Positions 40,869-50,812 of a DNA stretch of 64,000 bases are shown one piece after another. The notes beneath the pieces are model-generated. The model worked only from the letters and a program-made list of their open reading frames with translations, had not been told where the DNA came from and made no database searches. Every line of letters starts with the position of its first letter. Within the stretch, counting starts at the first letter, position 1. The stretch is from Lysobacterales bacterium (lineage in GTDB: Bacteria; Pseudomonadota; Gammaproteobacteria; Xanthomonadales; SZUA-5), in NCBI GenBank assembly GCA_022844165.1, contig JALHMH010000007.1, positions 75,841-139,840 on the forward strand, written 5' to 3'. A program made the translations under genes and the position numbers.

Positions 40869-41687
40869 CTACCCTTCCGGCGCGACGCTGGAGAACTCCG
40901 CGCGTCGCAGCAAACGCAGCTCGCCGCGTTTGCTGAAAACTTCGATTTGCGACTCTGGTTTGCCGAGCACCAAAACGCCCGTTTTGTTCGGCTCCTGACC
41001 CGGCTGTTGCGTCACCTCCACGCTAAAGTCGGTGGCGAACGGCGCTGAAGAGGCAATAGTCATGGTCGCGTTCAACGCATCCATCAGGCCCAGCACAATC
41101 GCTCCAGTGCCAGAGATCACACGTTGGCGCGTGCCGGGCAGCGGCCCTTCGAATTGACCCTCGATTTCTCCACCGTCGGTCGCAACATCGACTGCGCCTG
41201 TCACGCCGCGAAAAGTGATGTTGCCGCTGCGACTGCGCGCCTGCAGCTCCGCACGGAGCCCCCGCACCTCGATAAGACCGTTCTGTGTTTCGATGTCCAG
41301 AGAATGCTTCTCTGCCACGTACAAGGTGAGATCGAGGCGTTGACCAGGCTGCTGGGTCGCGCCATCGGGCAAACGCACGACAAGCGAGAAGCGATCGTCT
41401 TGTTCTGCATGCACCGAAAGGGCCGGTGCATCAGGCGGATTCTGTGCCACGCTGCGCCACTCGATTTGCGAAACGTAACCGCCAAAGCGCACGCGCACAT
41501 CGCCGAAAGGATTTCGAACCACAATCGGCATGCCAGCCAACAGCGGTTTGATCTGCGTGTCGCGTTGCAGCTCTGCTGCGGGTGCGAGCGGTAACCGCAG
41601 GTCTGTGGACGTCTCACGCGGCGTCGTGGCGCACGCCGCCAAGGCGATTGCCGCAGCCATCCACACCAAGTACCGCTGATCCGACAT
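40869..41687 (-). CDS. DUF4097-like (adhesin/beta-helix) lipoprotein
   Basis: Lipobox LAAC; repeated T.NG.I.V / SRSGNI / TDGGEI motifs. Confidence 0.65.
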   Translation of the reverse strand: MSDQRYLVWMAAAIALAACATTPRETSTDLRLPLAPAAELQRDTQIKPLLAGMPIVVRNPFGDVRVRFGGYVSQIEWRSVAQNPPDAPALSVHAEQDDRFSLVVRLPDGATQQPGQRLDLTLYVAEKHSLDIETQNGLIEVRGLRAELQARSRSGNITFRGVTGAVDVATDGGEIEGQFEGPLPGTRQRVISGTGAIVLGLMDALNATMTIASSAPFATDFSVEVTQQPGQEPNKTGVLVLGKPESQIEVFSKRGELRLLRRAEFSSVAPEG

Positions 41688-41796
41688 GCACGTTCCCCAA
41701 CGCACGCTGTGGCCGCTCGTCGACGCCAGCGAGTGGCGAACGAGACCTGAACTTCCGTACCGTGATTCCGGCTACCCCATGAGCCGGCGGGGGCGG

Positions 41797-41825
41797 ACTT
41801 TATTCAGTGCCGATTCAACTGTCAA
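41797..41825 (-). promoter_or_regulatory. Sigma70 promoter for the lipoprotein/secreted-protein operon
   Basis: TTGACA-17 nt-TAAAGT, followed by hairpin CCGGCT-CATGGGGT-AGCCGG. Confidence 0.6.
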
Positions 41826-41978
41826 CCATTGATGCGGGTTTCAACGTAACCCGTTGCTCGGATCGAACGAGCGGACGGCGCGCAGCAATGCCGTACATCC
41901 AGAGACAGGCAAGCATCCCGCTCCGTTGAGGGTTGGCGGTTGGTATTGTCGAAGCTCCGCTCTTTTGACTTTTGCAAC

Positions 41979-42815
41979 ATGCACGCGTTCCTGGACCGCA
42001 TTCTCGCGTTGCCGTGGGCCACGCTGACGCTGGATATCGCAGCCCGTATGGCAGTAGCAGCGTTGGTGTTCGTCGGCGGCTGGTATGCCTCGCGCCTGTT
42101 GCTCAAAGTGTTAGTCCGCGTGATGACACGCACCAATGTCGATCCGATGCTGCGCGAGTTCCTGCGCAATCTCGCCTCTGGCGCGTTGTTCGTTGTGGTC
42201 ATTGTTGCCACCCTCGACCAGCTCGGCGTGCCGATGACGTCGATATTAGCGGCACTCGGTGCAGCCGGCCTGGCTGTTGCGCTGGCGCTGCGCGATTCAC
42301 TATCGAATCTGGCTGCCGGCGTCATGCTCATCCTGCTCAAGCCATTTCGCGCGGGCGATGCGATCACTGTCGGTGGCGCCGGTGCGCAACAATCGGGTCG
42401 CGTCGAGAGCTTGAAGTTGATGCATACGGTACTGGTGACGGCCGACAACAGCGTGCTGGTTTTGCCGAATAATCTGGTTGCAAGCCAGCCGATCTTGAAC
42501 GTGTCCGCATTGCCAACCCGACGTCTCGACTTGCTTGTTTCGATTGCGCTGCGTGAGAACGTCCCCAAGGCCATTGACGTCCTGGTCACGACTCTGCAGG
42601 ACGATGTCCGCGTTCTGAAGGACCCGTCTCCGCAAATCACTGTGGAGCGGCTCACCGATACCGCGGTCGAAATTGCCCTGCGTCCATGGGTGTCGACCGC
42701 CGACTATTGGTCGCTGCGCGCCGATCTATTGCAGCGTATTCAAAGCGCACTCGCCGCGGCCGAGATCGCCAGCGCCGCACCACCCAAAGAATTCCGATTG
42801 GTGCGCGAAGACTGA
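41979..42815 (+). CDS. mscS: Small-conductance mechanosensitive channel
   Basis: LGAAGLAVALAL.DSLSNLAAG...KPFRAGD.I, PN motif. Confidence 0.9.
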   Translation: MHAFLDRILALPWATLTLDIAARMAVAALVFVGGWYASRLLLKVLVRVMTRTNVDPMLREFLRNLASGALFVVVIVATLDQLGVPMTSILAALGAAGLAVALALRDSLSNLAAGVMLILLKPFRAGDAITVGGAGAQQSGRVESLKLMHTVLVTADNSVLVLPNNLVASQPILNVSALPTRRLDLLVSIALRENVPKAIDVLVTTLQDDVRVLKDPSPQITVERLTDTAVEIALRPWVSTADYWSLRADLLQRIQSALAAAEIASAAPPKEFRLVRED

Positions 42816-43091
42816 TTGCGGCTCTCGCAGCCGATATGACCCGATCGGCGGTGCTTCTGGTGGGTCTTTGTCTCCAGCCGTCACTGCGCTGGTCGAGACG
42901 ATTGCGCAGCACACCGACGCGCGACACGCGCGCGCTGACTTTTTAGGCAAGCACCGTGATCGAATCCGAGACACAAATCCGATAAACGAATCGCAGCGGC
43001 GACCTTGTCGTTGCCTCGCCCCCCCGCGTCGGAACCCTGGTTGCGACCGCGGTGTGTCTGACAATCTCACTCATCTTGCGGAGAAAAGCAC

Positions 43092-43343
43092 ATGATCAAA
43101 ATGCGCAACATGTTGACAGCAATCGTGATGACGGCCGCCATTCCTTCGATGGCCATGGCTCAATATGGCTACTATCAATCCGATCAATCTCAGGAAGTAG
43201 TCCCCTCGTCATACGACCCGTGCACCTCATACCTGATCACAACGTATACCTACACCAGTTTCTCCGATCCCTCCGATACATACACTACGACCGATAGCGT
43301 ATCGATCTACAACGAAGACGCTTGCGGTGTGATTCAACCCTGA
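43092..43343 (+). CDS. Small secreted Tyr/Thr/Ser-rich protein with two Cys
   Basis: Signal peptide ending AMA|Q; GAGA upstream; downstream hairpin 43356-43382. Confidence 0.65.
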   Translation: MIKMRNMLTAIVMTAAIPSMAMAQYGYYQSDQSQEVVPSSYDPCTSYLITTYTYTSFSDPSDTYTTTDSVSIYNEDACGVIQP

Positions 43344-43709
43344 TCTCGATCGAATGGCACGGCTCGCATTCCGGGCCGTGCCGTGAGACGAGACACACGG
43401 ACACCGAATTCGGTGCGGCGCGCCAACTGTCGCTTCTGAACTTCGGTCCAGGCTCGCCTCGGGTTGAACTTTCAGGGAGGCGTTCGCGACCGGGATTGGT
43501 TCAAGAGAGCATTTCTCGCTGCTCGCAACCTGGTCCCGACCGATCTCAAATTCCCCGCACCAATGCCGACGCGCGATCGGCCGTTACGCTGCACTGATGG
43601 CGGCGCAACTCAGACTTGACGTCATGTTTAAACCAGCCTGCCGCAGCTGGCCGTAATGTCGTCGATCGAGGCATCTGAAATAGACGCCTACGTCGTGTTC
43701 GAACCGACC

Positions 43710-44657
43710 TCAGTTCATTCGCGACAACACCGCTGCCCGATCGACCATCGCCGTCGCTGTTCCCAGTCGCTCGCACGCCATGCCCGCAGCGAGATTGGCG
43801 TGGCGCACGGCGGCACCGAAGGGCGCGTCTGGCGCAAACGCCAGAGCAGCGACCAGGGCGCCGGAAAAGGCATCCCCTGCGCCGGTACTATCGACGGCGT
43901 TCACGACGGCGGGCGCGACGCGGTAACAGGCCTCTTCGTCGCCGCGGCGGTTGCGGCCATGCGAGACGAAGACACCCGCAGCGCCCAGCGTGATCACCAC
44001 CGTCGGCACACCGAGCGTGCGCGCCAGCGCGTGCAATTCGAGATCATTCAGTTGCGCCAGGCTGGTGGCATCGACGCGTTGACCGACGCCTTCCATCAGC
44101 GCCGCGAACTCGGTTTCGTTGGGCGTCAGCACATCGATAAGCGCCAACAACTCGGGCGCCAGCGGCTCATGCATCGGCGCTGGATTCAGCACCATCAGAG
44201 CGCCGATCTCACGAGCGCGACGTGCCACCGCCTGGGTTACCGCAAGCGGCGTTTCGCATTGGGTCAGCACGATACGCGCCGCCGAGCCAATCGCTTCGGC
44301 GGCAAACGCCGGCATCAGGGTGAGATTTGCCGCCAAATCGACCACAATCAGATTGCGCCCATCGGCATCGATCACGATGCTGGCGGTCGACGTTGGCCGA
44401 TCGGCACTGACTTGCCAACGCGTCGTCAGGCCTTCGCCTTGCGCAAACTGACGTGCGACGACCGCCAACGCATCGTCGCCGAGCGCGCCGACAAACAGCG
44501 TTTCCGCCCCTTGACGATGACAAGCCACCGCCTGGTTGAAACCCTTGCCGCCGGGACCAGTGGAGAAGCGCCCGACGCGCGTTTCGCCAATGACCGGGAA
44601 ACGCTCCGTCAACCAACAATGGTCCTGCACGAAACTGCCGACCACGACGACGCTCAT
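43710..44657 (-). CDS. rbsK: Ribokinase (PfkB family)
   Basis: VVVVGS, GGKGFNQAVA, NPAP, TPNETE, DSTGAGDAF. Confidence 0.9.
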   Translation of the reverse strand: MSVVVVGSFVQDHCWLTERFPVIGETRVGRFSTGPGGKGFNQAVACHRQGAETLFVGALGDDALAVVARQFAQGEGLTTRWQVSADRPTSTASIVIDADGRNLIVVDLAANLTLMPAFAAEAIGSAARIVLTQCETPLAVTQAVARRAREIGALMVLNPAPMHEPLAPELLALIDVLTPNETEFAALMEGVGQRVDATSLAQLNDLELHALARTLGVPTVVITLGAAGVFVSHGRNRRGDEEACYRVAPAVVNAVDSTGAGDAFSGALVAALAFAPDAPFGAAVRHANLAAGMACERLGTATAMVDRAAVLSRMN

Positions 44658-45961
44658 GACGTGAACTTGAGCAATACGCCAGCGATCGTGGCGGTCATAA
44701 ACGTGGCCAGCGAGCCGCCGAGCACTGCCCGCAATCCTAGGCGTGCGAGATCGCTGCGACGCTCTGGCGCGAGGCTGCCGATGCCACCGATCTGGATGGC
44801 GATGGAGGCGAAATTGGCGAAACCGCACAGCGCGTAGGTCAGGATCAGCTTGGTTTCGGCGCTGATCGCAGCGGCGCCCTCGCCCACCGGGATCGTCGCC
44901 AGTTGCCCGTAGGCGATAAACTCGTTGAGCACGATCTTCTGACCGATCAAGCCACCCGCGATGATCGAGTCTTCCCACGGAATTCCGATCAACCATGCGA
45001 TCGGCGACAGCAGCACACCGAGGATGCTGCCCAAGTTGATGACAACTGGCACCTCACGGCCACTGTTGATCCAGCCTGCGATTCCAGTGATGTCCGCGCC
45101 CCAGCCGATGACTGCGTTCAGCATCGCGATCAGAGCGGTGAACGCCAACAACATTGCGGCGATGTTGAGCGCCAGCTTCAAGCCGTCGGCCGCGCCACTC
45201 GCTGCGGCATCGATGATGTTCGCTGTGGTCTTTTCGAAATGCACTTTGACTTCGCCACGCGTCAGCGGCTCGCCAACTTCCGGCACCAGCAGTTTGGCGA
45301 TCACAAATGTGGCCGGCGCGGCCATGATCGAGGCCGCCAGGAAGTGTTTGGCGAAGATCGCCTGTTGTTCTGGATCGGGACCGCCGAGCATTTGCACATA
45401 GGTTGCCATCACGCCACCGGCGATATGCGCCATGCCGCCGATCATCATCGTCATCAGTTCCGACTCGGTCATCTTCGGAATGTATGGGCGCACCGTGAGC
45501 GGCGCTTCGGTCTGGCCGATGAACACCGACGCGCATACGGTGGTCGTTTCGGCGCCGGATACGCGCATGATCTTCGTGATCGCGAATGCCATGCCGCGCA
45601 CAATCAGCTGCATCACGCCCAAGTGGTACAGCACTGCCATCAACGAGGCAAAAAAGATGATCGTCGGCAGCACCTGGAAGGCGAAGATGAAGCCATAGGT
45701 ATTGGCATCCAGCAGGTTGCCGAAAATCAACCGTGCACCCTCGGCGGTGAAGCCCGACAATGTCACAAAACCGTGCGCCAGCGTATCGAAAATCGCCGCA
45801 CCAAAAGTGGTCAGCAACACAAACATCGCGAACAACACTTGCAGCACCACACCGGTGCCGACCAGCGTCCAATCCACACGCCCGCGGTTATTGGAAAACA
45901 GCCACGCGATCGCCAACAGGCTGCAGAGCCCAAACACCCCAAACGCAACGCTCCCCAGCAT
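44654..45961 (-). CDS. nupC: Concentrative nucleoside transporter (NupC/CNT)
   Basis: FAFQVLPTIIFF, FIGQTEAPL, NEFIAY, TYALCGFANFASIAIQIGG. Confidence 0.92.
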   Translation of the reverse strand: MLGSVAFGVFGLCSLLAIAWLFSNNRGRVDWTLVGTGVVLQVLFAMFVLLTTFGAAIFDTLAHGFVTLSGFTAEGARLIFGNLLDANTYGFIFAFQVLPTIIFFASLMAVLYHLGVMQLIVRGMAFAITKIMRVSGAETTTVCASVFIGQTEAPLTVRPYIPKMTESELMTMMIGGMAHIAGGVMATYVQMLGGPDPEQQAIFAKHFLAASIMAAPATFVIAKLLVPEVGEPLTRGEVKVHFEKTTANIIDAAASGAADGLKLALNIAAMLLAFTALIAMLNAVIGWGADITGIAGWINSGREVPVVINLGSILGVLLSPIAWLIGIPWEDSIIAGGLIGQKIVLNEFIAYGQLATIPVGEGAAAISAETKLILTYALCGFANFASIAIQIGGIGSLAPERRSDLARLGLRAVLGGSLATFMTATIAGVLLKFTS

Positions 45962-46049
45962 GCCCTCGCTCCTCGATGAGTTGTCCCAGGACTATAACCG
46001 CGTCAGCGGGAATCGAGGACACCTTTCGGTCGGCGGCGGCTCACAGTGT

Positions 46050-47525
46050 CTATTCGAAGCCATTCAAGAACACGCCGTCGCCGGCGCCGTTGCGCATGAT
46101 CAACACAACATCGTCGACTTCGTCGGCGAGCAGCATGTCCAGATCGCCATCGTTATCGATGTCATAGAGCGATGCACAAGAAGCGTTTGCGGTAGCCATG
46201 ATTTGCGTGATCGGCGCGAACACGCCGGCACCGTTATTGCGCAGTAAATACCAGCGCGATGCGCCGTAACTCGAGGTGACCCAATCGAGATCGCCGTCGC
46301 CATCCAGATCGCCCAGGTCGCTGGCGACCATCTGTCCGTTGAACGCATACATCGTCGCGGTTCCCAGTCCACCGCTGCCATTGCCGAGCAGAATCGCACC
46401 ATTGTTGCTCTGGCCATTGACGGCGGCGACATCCAGATTACCGTCGCCGTTGACATCGCCGAGTACTAGTTTCCAGAGCAAACCGCCGCCGGAGACATTG
46501 GCACTGGAAGTAAAGGTACCGTTGCCGTTGCCCGTCAGCACGATCACGCGATTGTCGTTGCGCGTGCCCACCACCAGGTCCATCACCCCGTCGTTGTTCA
46601 TATCGCCACTGGCCAATGCGTACTCACCATTGCCCCCCGAATTGAGGTCGACGCGATTGCCGAACACGCCGCTGCCGTTATTGCGCAGTATCGATAGCGT
46701 GTTGCCGACTTCTGTAGCCACTACCAGATCGGCATCGGCGTCTCCATCGATATCCAACGCAGCGATGCCGTGCGGCACATCGGCAACCGCAACTTGGGGC
46801 AACACATGGAAGCGTCCATTTCCCAGACCCAGCGCCACCGACACCGAATCGCTGCTGGTGTTACTGGTGACAATGTCGATCAGACCGTCGTTGTTAAAGT
46901 CGGCCAATTCGCTGGGGCTGGCCTCCAGGCCGATCGCCGGTGGCGGCAACAGCACGGGTCCCAAACGTCCGCTGCCGTCGGCGCGATTGAGCATCACCCG
47001 CAAGTCCGCACTGATTTCGTTGACCGCGATGTAGTCGACCCAGTCGTCCTGATTCAAGTCAGCGAACGCGCCGCCATACAAACGTGTCAGCGCGCTCGAC
47101 GTGCGCACCGAGACGTTATCGATTTGCGTAAACACCGCCGGCGCGGCGCCTGCGCGCACCGTGAACGCGAAGCCGTAACCCGCCGTTTGCAGCGGTGTAT
47201 TGTCGGCGCCGCGTAAGCTGCCAGCCATTTGCACGGCGACAACTTCGCCTGGGAAGTAGCGTTTGTTCGGTGTAAACACCAGCTGCGTGTTACCGTTTTC
47301 GAAAGCGATGGCGCCTACCAGTGGCCCGCGCTGTTGACCAAAAAAACGGATATTGCTCGCCGTAAACGTCGCCGGGTCGACGGCGCGATCGAAGTTGATG
47401 CGGATCGTCGCATCATTTGCCTGATTGTTGGCATTGCGTGTCGGCGAGTGAGAACTAACCGACAACGCATACGCAGAGCAGCCGAGCAATGAGCCGGCTA
47501 TGCCCACCAAAGAATTCCATCGCAT
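46050..47525 (-). CDS. Secreted Ig-like + FG-GAP/VCBS-repeat protein
   Basis: Signal peptide; repeated D-x-(N/D)-x-D-G-x-x-D; C-terminus DGVFLNGFE. Confidence 0.85.
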   Translation of the reverse strand: MRWNSLVGIAGSLLGCSAYALSVSSHSPTRNANNQANDATIRINFDRAVDPATFTASNIRFFGQQRGPLVGAIAFENGNTQLVFTPNKRYFPGEVVAVQMAGSLRGADNTPLQTAGYGFAFTVRAGAAPAVFTQIDNVSVRTSSALTRLYGGAFADLNQDDWVDYIAVNEISADLRVMLNRADGSGRLGPVLLPPPAIGLEASPSELADFNNDGLIDIVTSNTSSDSVSVALGLGNGRFHVLPQVAVADVPHGIAALDIDGDADADLVVATEVGNTLSILRNNGSGVFGNRVDLNSGGNGEYALASGDMNNDGVMDLVVGTRNDNRVIVLTGNGNGTFTSSANVSGGGLLWKLVLGDVNGDGNLDVAAVNGQSNNGAILLGNGSGGLGTATMYAFNGQMVASDLGDLDGDGDLDWVTSSYGASRWYLLRNNGAGVFAPITQIMATANASCASLYDIDNDGDLDMLLADEVDDVVLIMRNGAGDGVFLNGFE

Positions 47526-47669
47526 GAGGCACCCATCGGACCAATCGCCTCCCCTGCGCGCCGAATTCTGAATCAACCGCGCGGGCGAATCCGTGCGCGT
47601 CCGCACGGTCACTGCGCACCGCTGGCGACCACATCGACTTGCCGCGCGCCGACGAAACCGGGCGCTGGA

Positions 47670-48179
47670 TTAGCGGATCGCCTCGAAGTTGCCTAGAAAC
47701 TGGCGATCGGTACTGTTCAAAGGCGTGGTGCCGCGGAGAATCGCGCCCGTGGCGATCCAATCGTTCATCAACGCCTGCAAGTCGATACCCGTGGGCGTGG
47801 ATCCGGGCGGCATGCGCGGAATAATCGATGCTGGCGTGCCGGCGTTGGCGCAGTTGATGCGCAAGAACACCAAACTCTGCCGCGGCGAACCCGGCACCAC
47901 GCGGCGAAAATCCGGATAACCGGACGGCGCACCGGTCTCGTCCTCGCCCAACAAATTGAGCTTGGCGTTGTTCGGCAGCACATTGAAGCCGCCGAGACTC
48001 AAGTCGGTATGGCATACGCCGCAACGCTGTTGAAGCAACGGCTGCACCTCGACGTAGAAATCCACTTGGAAGTTGGGCGCAATGGCGTCGAGCGGCGAGC
48101 AATCCTCGGCTTTGTTGTGCGGCGAGGACGCGGCTTCCTGCGACAACCAGCAAGCCAGCAGCAATACGATTCGGCGCAT
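47670..48179 (-). CDS. Secreted monoheme c-type cytochrome-domain protein
   Basis: Signal peptide; VQPLLQQRCGVCH (CxxCH); VVPGSPRQSL, RMPP, WIATGA; C-terminus DRQFLGNFE. Confidence 0.75.
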   Translation of the reverse strand: MRRIVLLLACWLSQEAASSPHNKAEDCSPLDAIAPNFQVDFYVEVQPLLQQRCGVCHTDLSLGGFNVLPNNAKLNLLGEDETGAPSGYPDFRRVVPGSPRQSLVFLRINCANAGTPASIIPRMPPGSTPTGIDLQALMNDWIATGAILRGTTPLNSTDRQFLGNFEAIR

Positions 48180-48275
48180 AAGAACTCAGGTCGGCGGGAT
48201 GCGCTGCAGTTTTGCGCGAGTTGGCACCTGGCGACTGAGATGGCGAGCACAGCGACAGCCATTGCCTGGAATCGC

Positions 48276-50483
48276 CTATGGCATCGTTAACGCCTGCATG
48301 CAATTGCGTGTATTGGCCGGCTCGTAGGGCGGCAACACCGGATAAAAGCGAATGCGCTGGCAGCCATCGCCGGTGTCGAACGGTAACCAGCGCACGGCAC
48401 TCGAGAATTCCAGGCGCAGATCGCTGCTCGGCAGCTTCTGGAACAGCGCGTTCCACACCCGAAGCGCGCCGGTCGCGCCGGAGAGTCTGGTCGGTTCGTT
48501 GTCGTCGCGGCCAAGCCAGACGATGCCAAGGTGCTCGCCGGTATAACCGGCATACCAGCTGTCGCGCAGACCATCACTGGTGCCGGTTTTCCCCGCCGAA
48601 TCGATGCGCATGCCGGGTCCCTGGCTCAAGCTGCGCGCGGTACCCGAGAGTGTGGTTTCGTTGAGCGCCACCGTCACCAGCTTGACAACATCTTCGCCGC
48701 TCGCTTCGCCGCTGGGCCGCGGCACGCGGCTTAACACGCCACCACGTTCGTCGAGGACCGAATGCACCGCCGACAGCGGCACCACATTGCCGCCACTGGC
48801 CAGACCCTGATAAAGCTGGGCAACTTCGTAGGGGCTCAAATCGATCGAACCTAGAATCAGCGAAGGCAGCGGCTGGGCCGGCGGCATCACGCCGAGCGTG
48901 CCGATCAGCTGCGCCAACTGCACCACGCCAACGTCCAGCCCGACACGCGCGGTCGCGAGGTTGTAACTCTTGGCCAACGCGTCGACCAACGGCACCGTGC
49001 CATGACTAGTGCGATCGAAATTTTGCGGCTGCCAGGTCTTGCCGGTGGGCAGGCGCAGACTCAACGGTTCATCGGACACCAGACTCGCGAGGCTGTAACG
49101 CCGCGGTTGTGAAAGGGCTAACAGATAGACAAAGGGCTTGAGCAACGAACCCACCGGCCGTTTTGCGTCCAGTGCCCGGTTGAACCCTGCGCTGCGTGCG
49201 TCGCGCCCCCCGACCAACGCCAGCACTTCGCCCGTGTGAGCATGCGTCAGCACCACAGCAGCCTCGGTTTTACCCTCGGCATCGACCGTCTTCAGCGTTG
49301 TGGCGATGGCTTGCTCGGCAAGGCGCTGCGCACCGGGATCGAGCGTTGTCAAAATTGTCAGGCCCTGACTCTGCAGCGCGCTCTGATCATATTCTGCGGC
49401 CAGCTGCGCGCGAACCAATTGCATGAACGCCGGATAGCGCACACGCGACGGCGGCCTCGGCACCACGGCAAGCGGCGCTTTCAACGCCGCCGCATGTTCG
49501 TCAGCATCAATGAGCCCGGTTTCCAGGAACTGGCCCAGCACGATTCTGCGCCGCGCGATGGCGCGCTCAGGGTTGCGCCGCGGATCGTAGAACGAAGGCC
49601 CCTTGACGAGACCGGCGAGCAACGCGATCTCGGGGGCGTCGAGCGCGTCCAACGACCGTCCAAAATAGAATTCAGCGCCGGCGCCGAACCCGTGCACCGC
49701 CAACGCACCGTTCTGGCCGATATAGGCGCGATTCAAATACGCCTCGAGGATGGTCTGCTTGTCGAATCGTGCATCGATCACCACCGCAAGGCCCATCTCC
49801 ATCAGCTTGCGGCGCAACGAGCGATCGTTGCTGAGCAGCGTATTTTTCACCAGCTGTTGAGTGATCGTGGATCCGCCTTGCACGAGTTTGCGTGCGCGGA
49901 TGTTTGCCCACATCGCGCGGGCGATGCCCCAGGGATCGATGCCCTCGTGATCCTTGAAGTTGCGATCTTCGACAGCCTGGATACCGGCAACGAGCAGCGC
50001 TGGCATCGCCGCGATCGGCAATGGCAAACGCTCGGTGTCGTCAGTCGGCAAGATGGTTGCGATTCGCGCCGGATCCACCCGGACTTGCTTCAGATCGCCT
50101 CCCCCTATGCGCTTGAGCGTTGCGATGCGGCCGCTCTGCAAGCTCAACCGAAACCGCTCCGGGGCAGCGCGACCGTCGCCAAAATCGAACCCGCGTGTGT
50201 GAATGTCGAAACTCGCACCGTCGCGGCGGAAACTTCCTGGCGTAGCCCCGGTCGGATCGGCCCGATAGCGCGCTTCCGACAGCTCGACTTCCAGTTGTTC
50301 GGCACTGAGGCGTTTGCCGACGCTGAGCAGCATCGGACGGGCGTATACCTTGGAGGCGACGGGCTGCGCGCCCAGATCGAAACGTGCATCGATCACACGA
50401 TTGAAGTAAACGATCGCCGGCAAGAGCACGCCCAACGCCGCGCCAAGGCCAAACCAACTGCAATTCTTCAGGATGCGCCACAT
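48276..50483 (-). CDS. mrcB: Penicillin-binding protein 1B
   Basis: UB2H region; EDRNF, GGSTITQQL (transglycosylase); SLLK, SYN, KTG (transpeptidase). Confidence 0.93.
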   Translation of the reverse strand: MWRILKNCSWFGLGAALGVLLPAIVYFNRVIDARFDLGAQPVASKVYARPMLLSVGKRLSAEQLEVELSEARYRADPTGATPGSFRRDGASFDIHTRGFDFGDGRAAPERFRLSLQSGRIATLKRIGGGDLKQVRVDPARIATILPTDDTERLPLPIAAMPALLVAGIQAVEDRNFKDHEGIDPWGIARAMWANIRARKLVQGGSTITQQLVKNTLLSNDRSLRRKLMEMGLAVVIDARFDKQTILEAYLNRAYIGQNGALAVHGFGAGAEFYFGRSLDALDAPEIALLAGLVKGPSFYDPRRNPERAIARRRIVLGQFLETGLIDADEHAAALKAPLAVVPRPPSRVRYPAFMQLVRAQLAAEYDQSALQSQGLTILTTLDPGAQRLAEQAIATTLKTVDAEGKTEAAVVLTHAHTGEVLALVGGRDARSAGFNRALDAKRPVGSLLKPFVYLLALSQPRRYSLASLVSDEPLSLRLPTGKTWQPQNFDRTSHGTVPLVDALAKSYNLATARVGLDVGVVQLAQLIGTLGVMPPAQPLPSLILGSIDLSPYEVAQLYQGLASGGNVVPLSAVHSVLDERGGVLSRVPRPSGEASGEDVVKLVTVALNETTLSGTARSLSQGPGMRIDSAGKTGTSDGLRDSWYAGYTGEHLGIVWLGRDDNEPTRLSGATGALRVWNALFQKLPSSDLRLEFSSAVRWLPFDTGDGCQRIRFYPVLPPYEPANTRNCMQALTMP

Positions 50484-50589
50484 GGGTGGCGAGCATATCC
50501 GCTAGCGTTGGCAGACGCGAAAGAACAAACTCGGGCGGATTGGGGCAAGTGCGAAGTGGTTCATAGTCCTTGAAAGCGGTTGCCCGGCC

Positions 50590-50750
50590 GGCTGTTGAGA
50601 AGCCGCCTGCTGGTGAGAACCAGGGATGGTCCGCTCATGGACCGAGCACGCAAGTGCTTGATCCACGTAGAGCGAGTGCGCGCCTGCGCCGGACTCGCGA
50701 CATCGAGAAAGTGCAGGAAAGCACTTTCTCAGTGTCGTGATAGTGTGGTG
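50590..50750. mobile_element. Degenerate family A MITE (inverse of 59571-59722) abutting a family B end remnant
   Basis: GGCTGTTGAGAA..AACCAGGGATGGT..GAGCACGCAAGTGCTTGATCCA..GCCGGACTCGCGAC..TTTCTCA..TCGTG|ATAG|TGTGGTG. Confidence 0.7.
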
Positions 50751-50812
50751 CGCACTCGTGGAACAATCCGCAAAACCCTATTAATCCAAGAATCACCCGG
50801 CGCCACCCAACT

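Noticed and set aside
41690-41940. 6S or SRP RNA
   Set aside because: No SRP GGAA-loop core and no long 6S-like duplex; explained by divergent promoters and short hairpins.
43344-43709. Possible degenerate repeat or ORF in the intergenic gap
   Set aside because: Only short GTTGAAC/GTTCAA matches; no supportable boundaries or coding signal.
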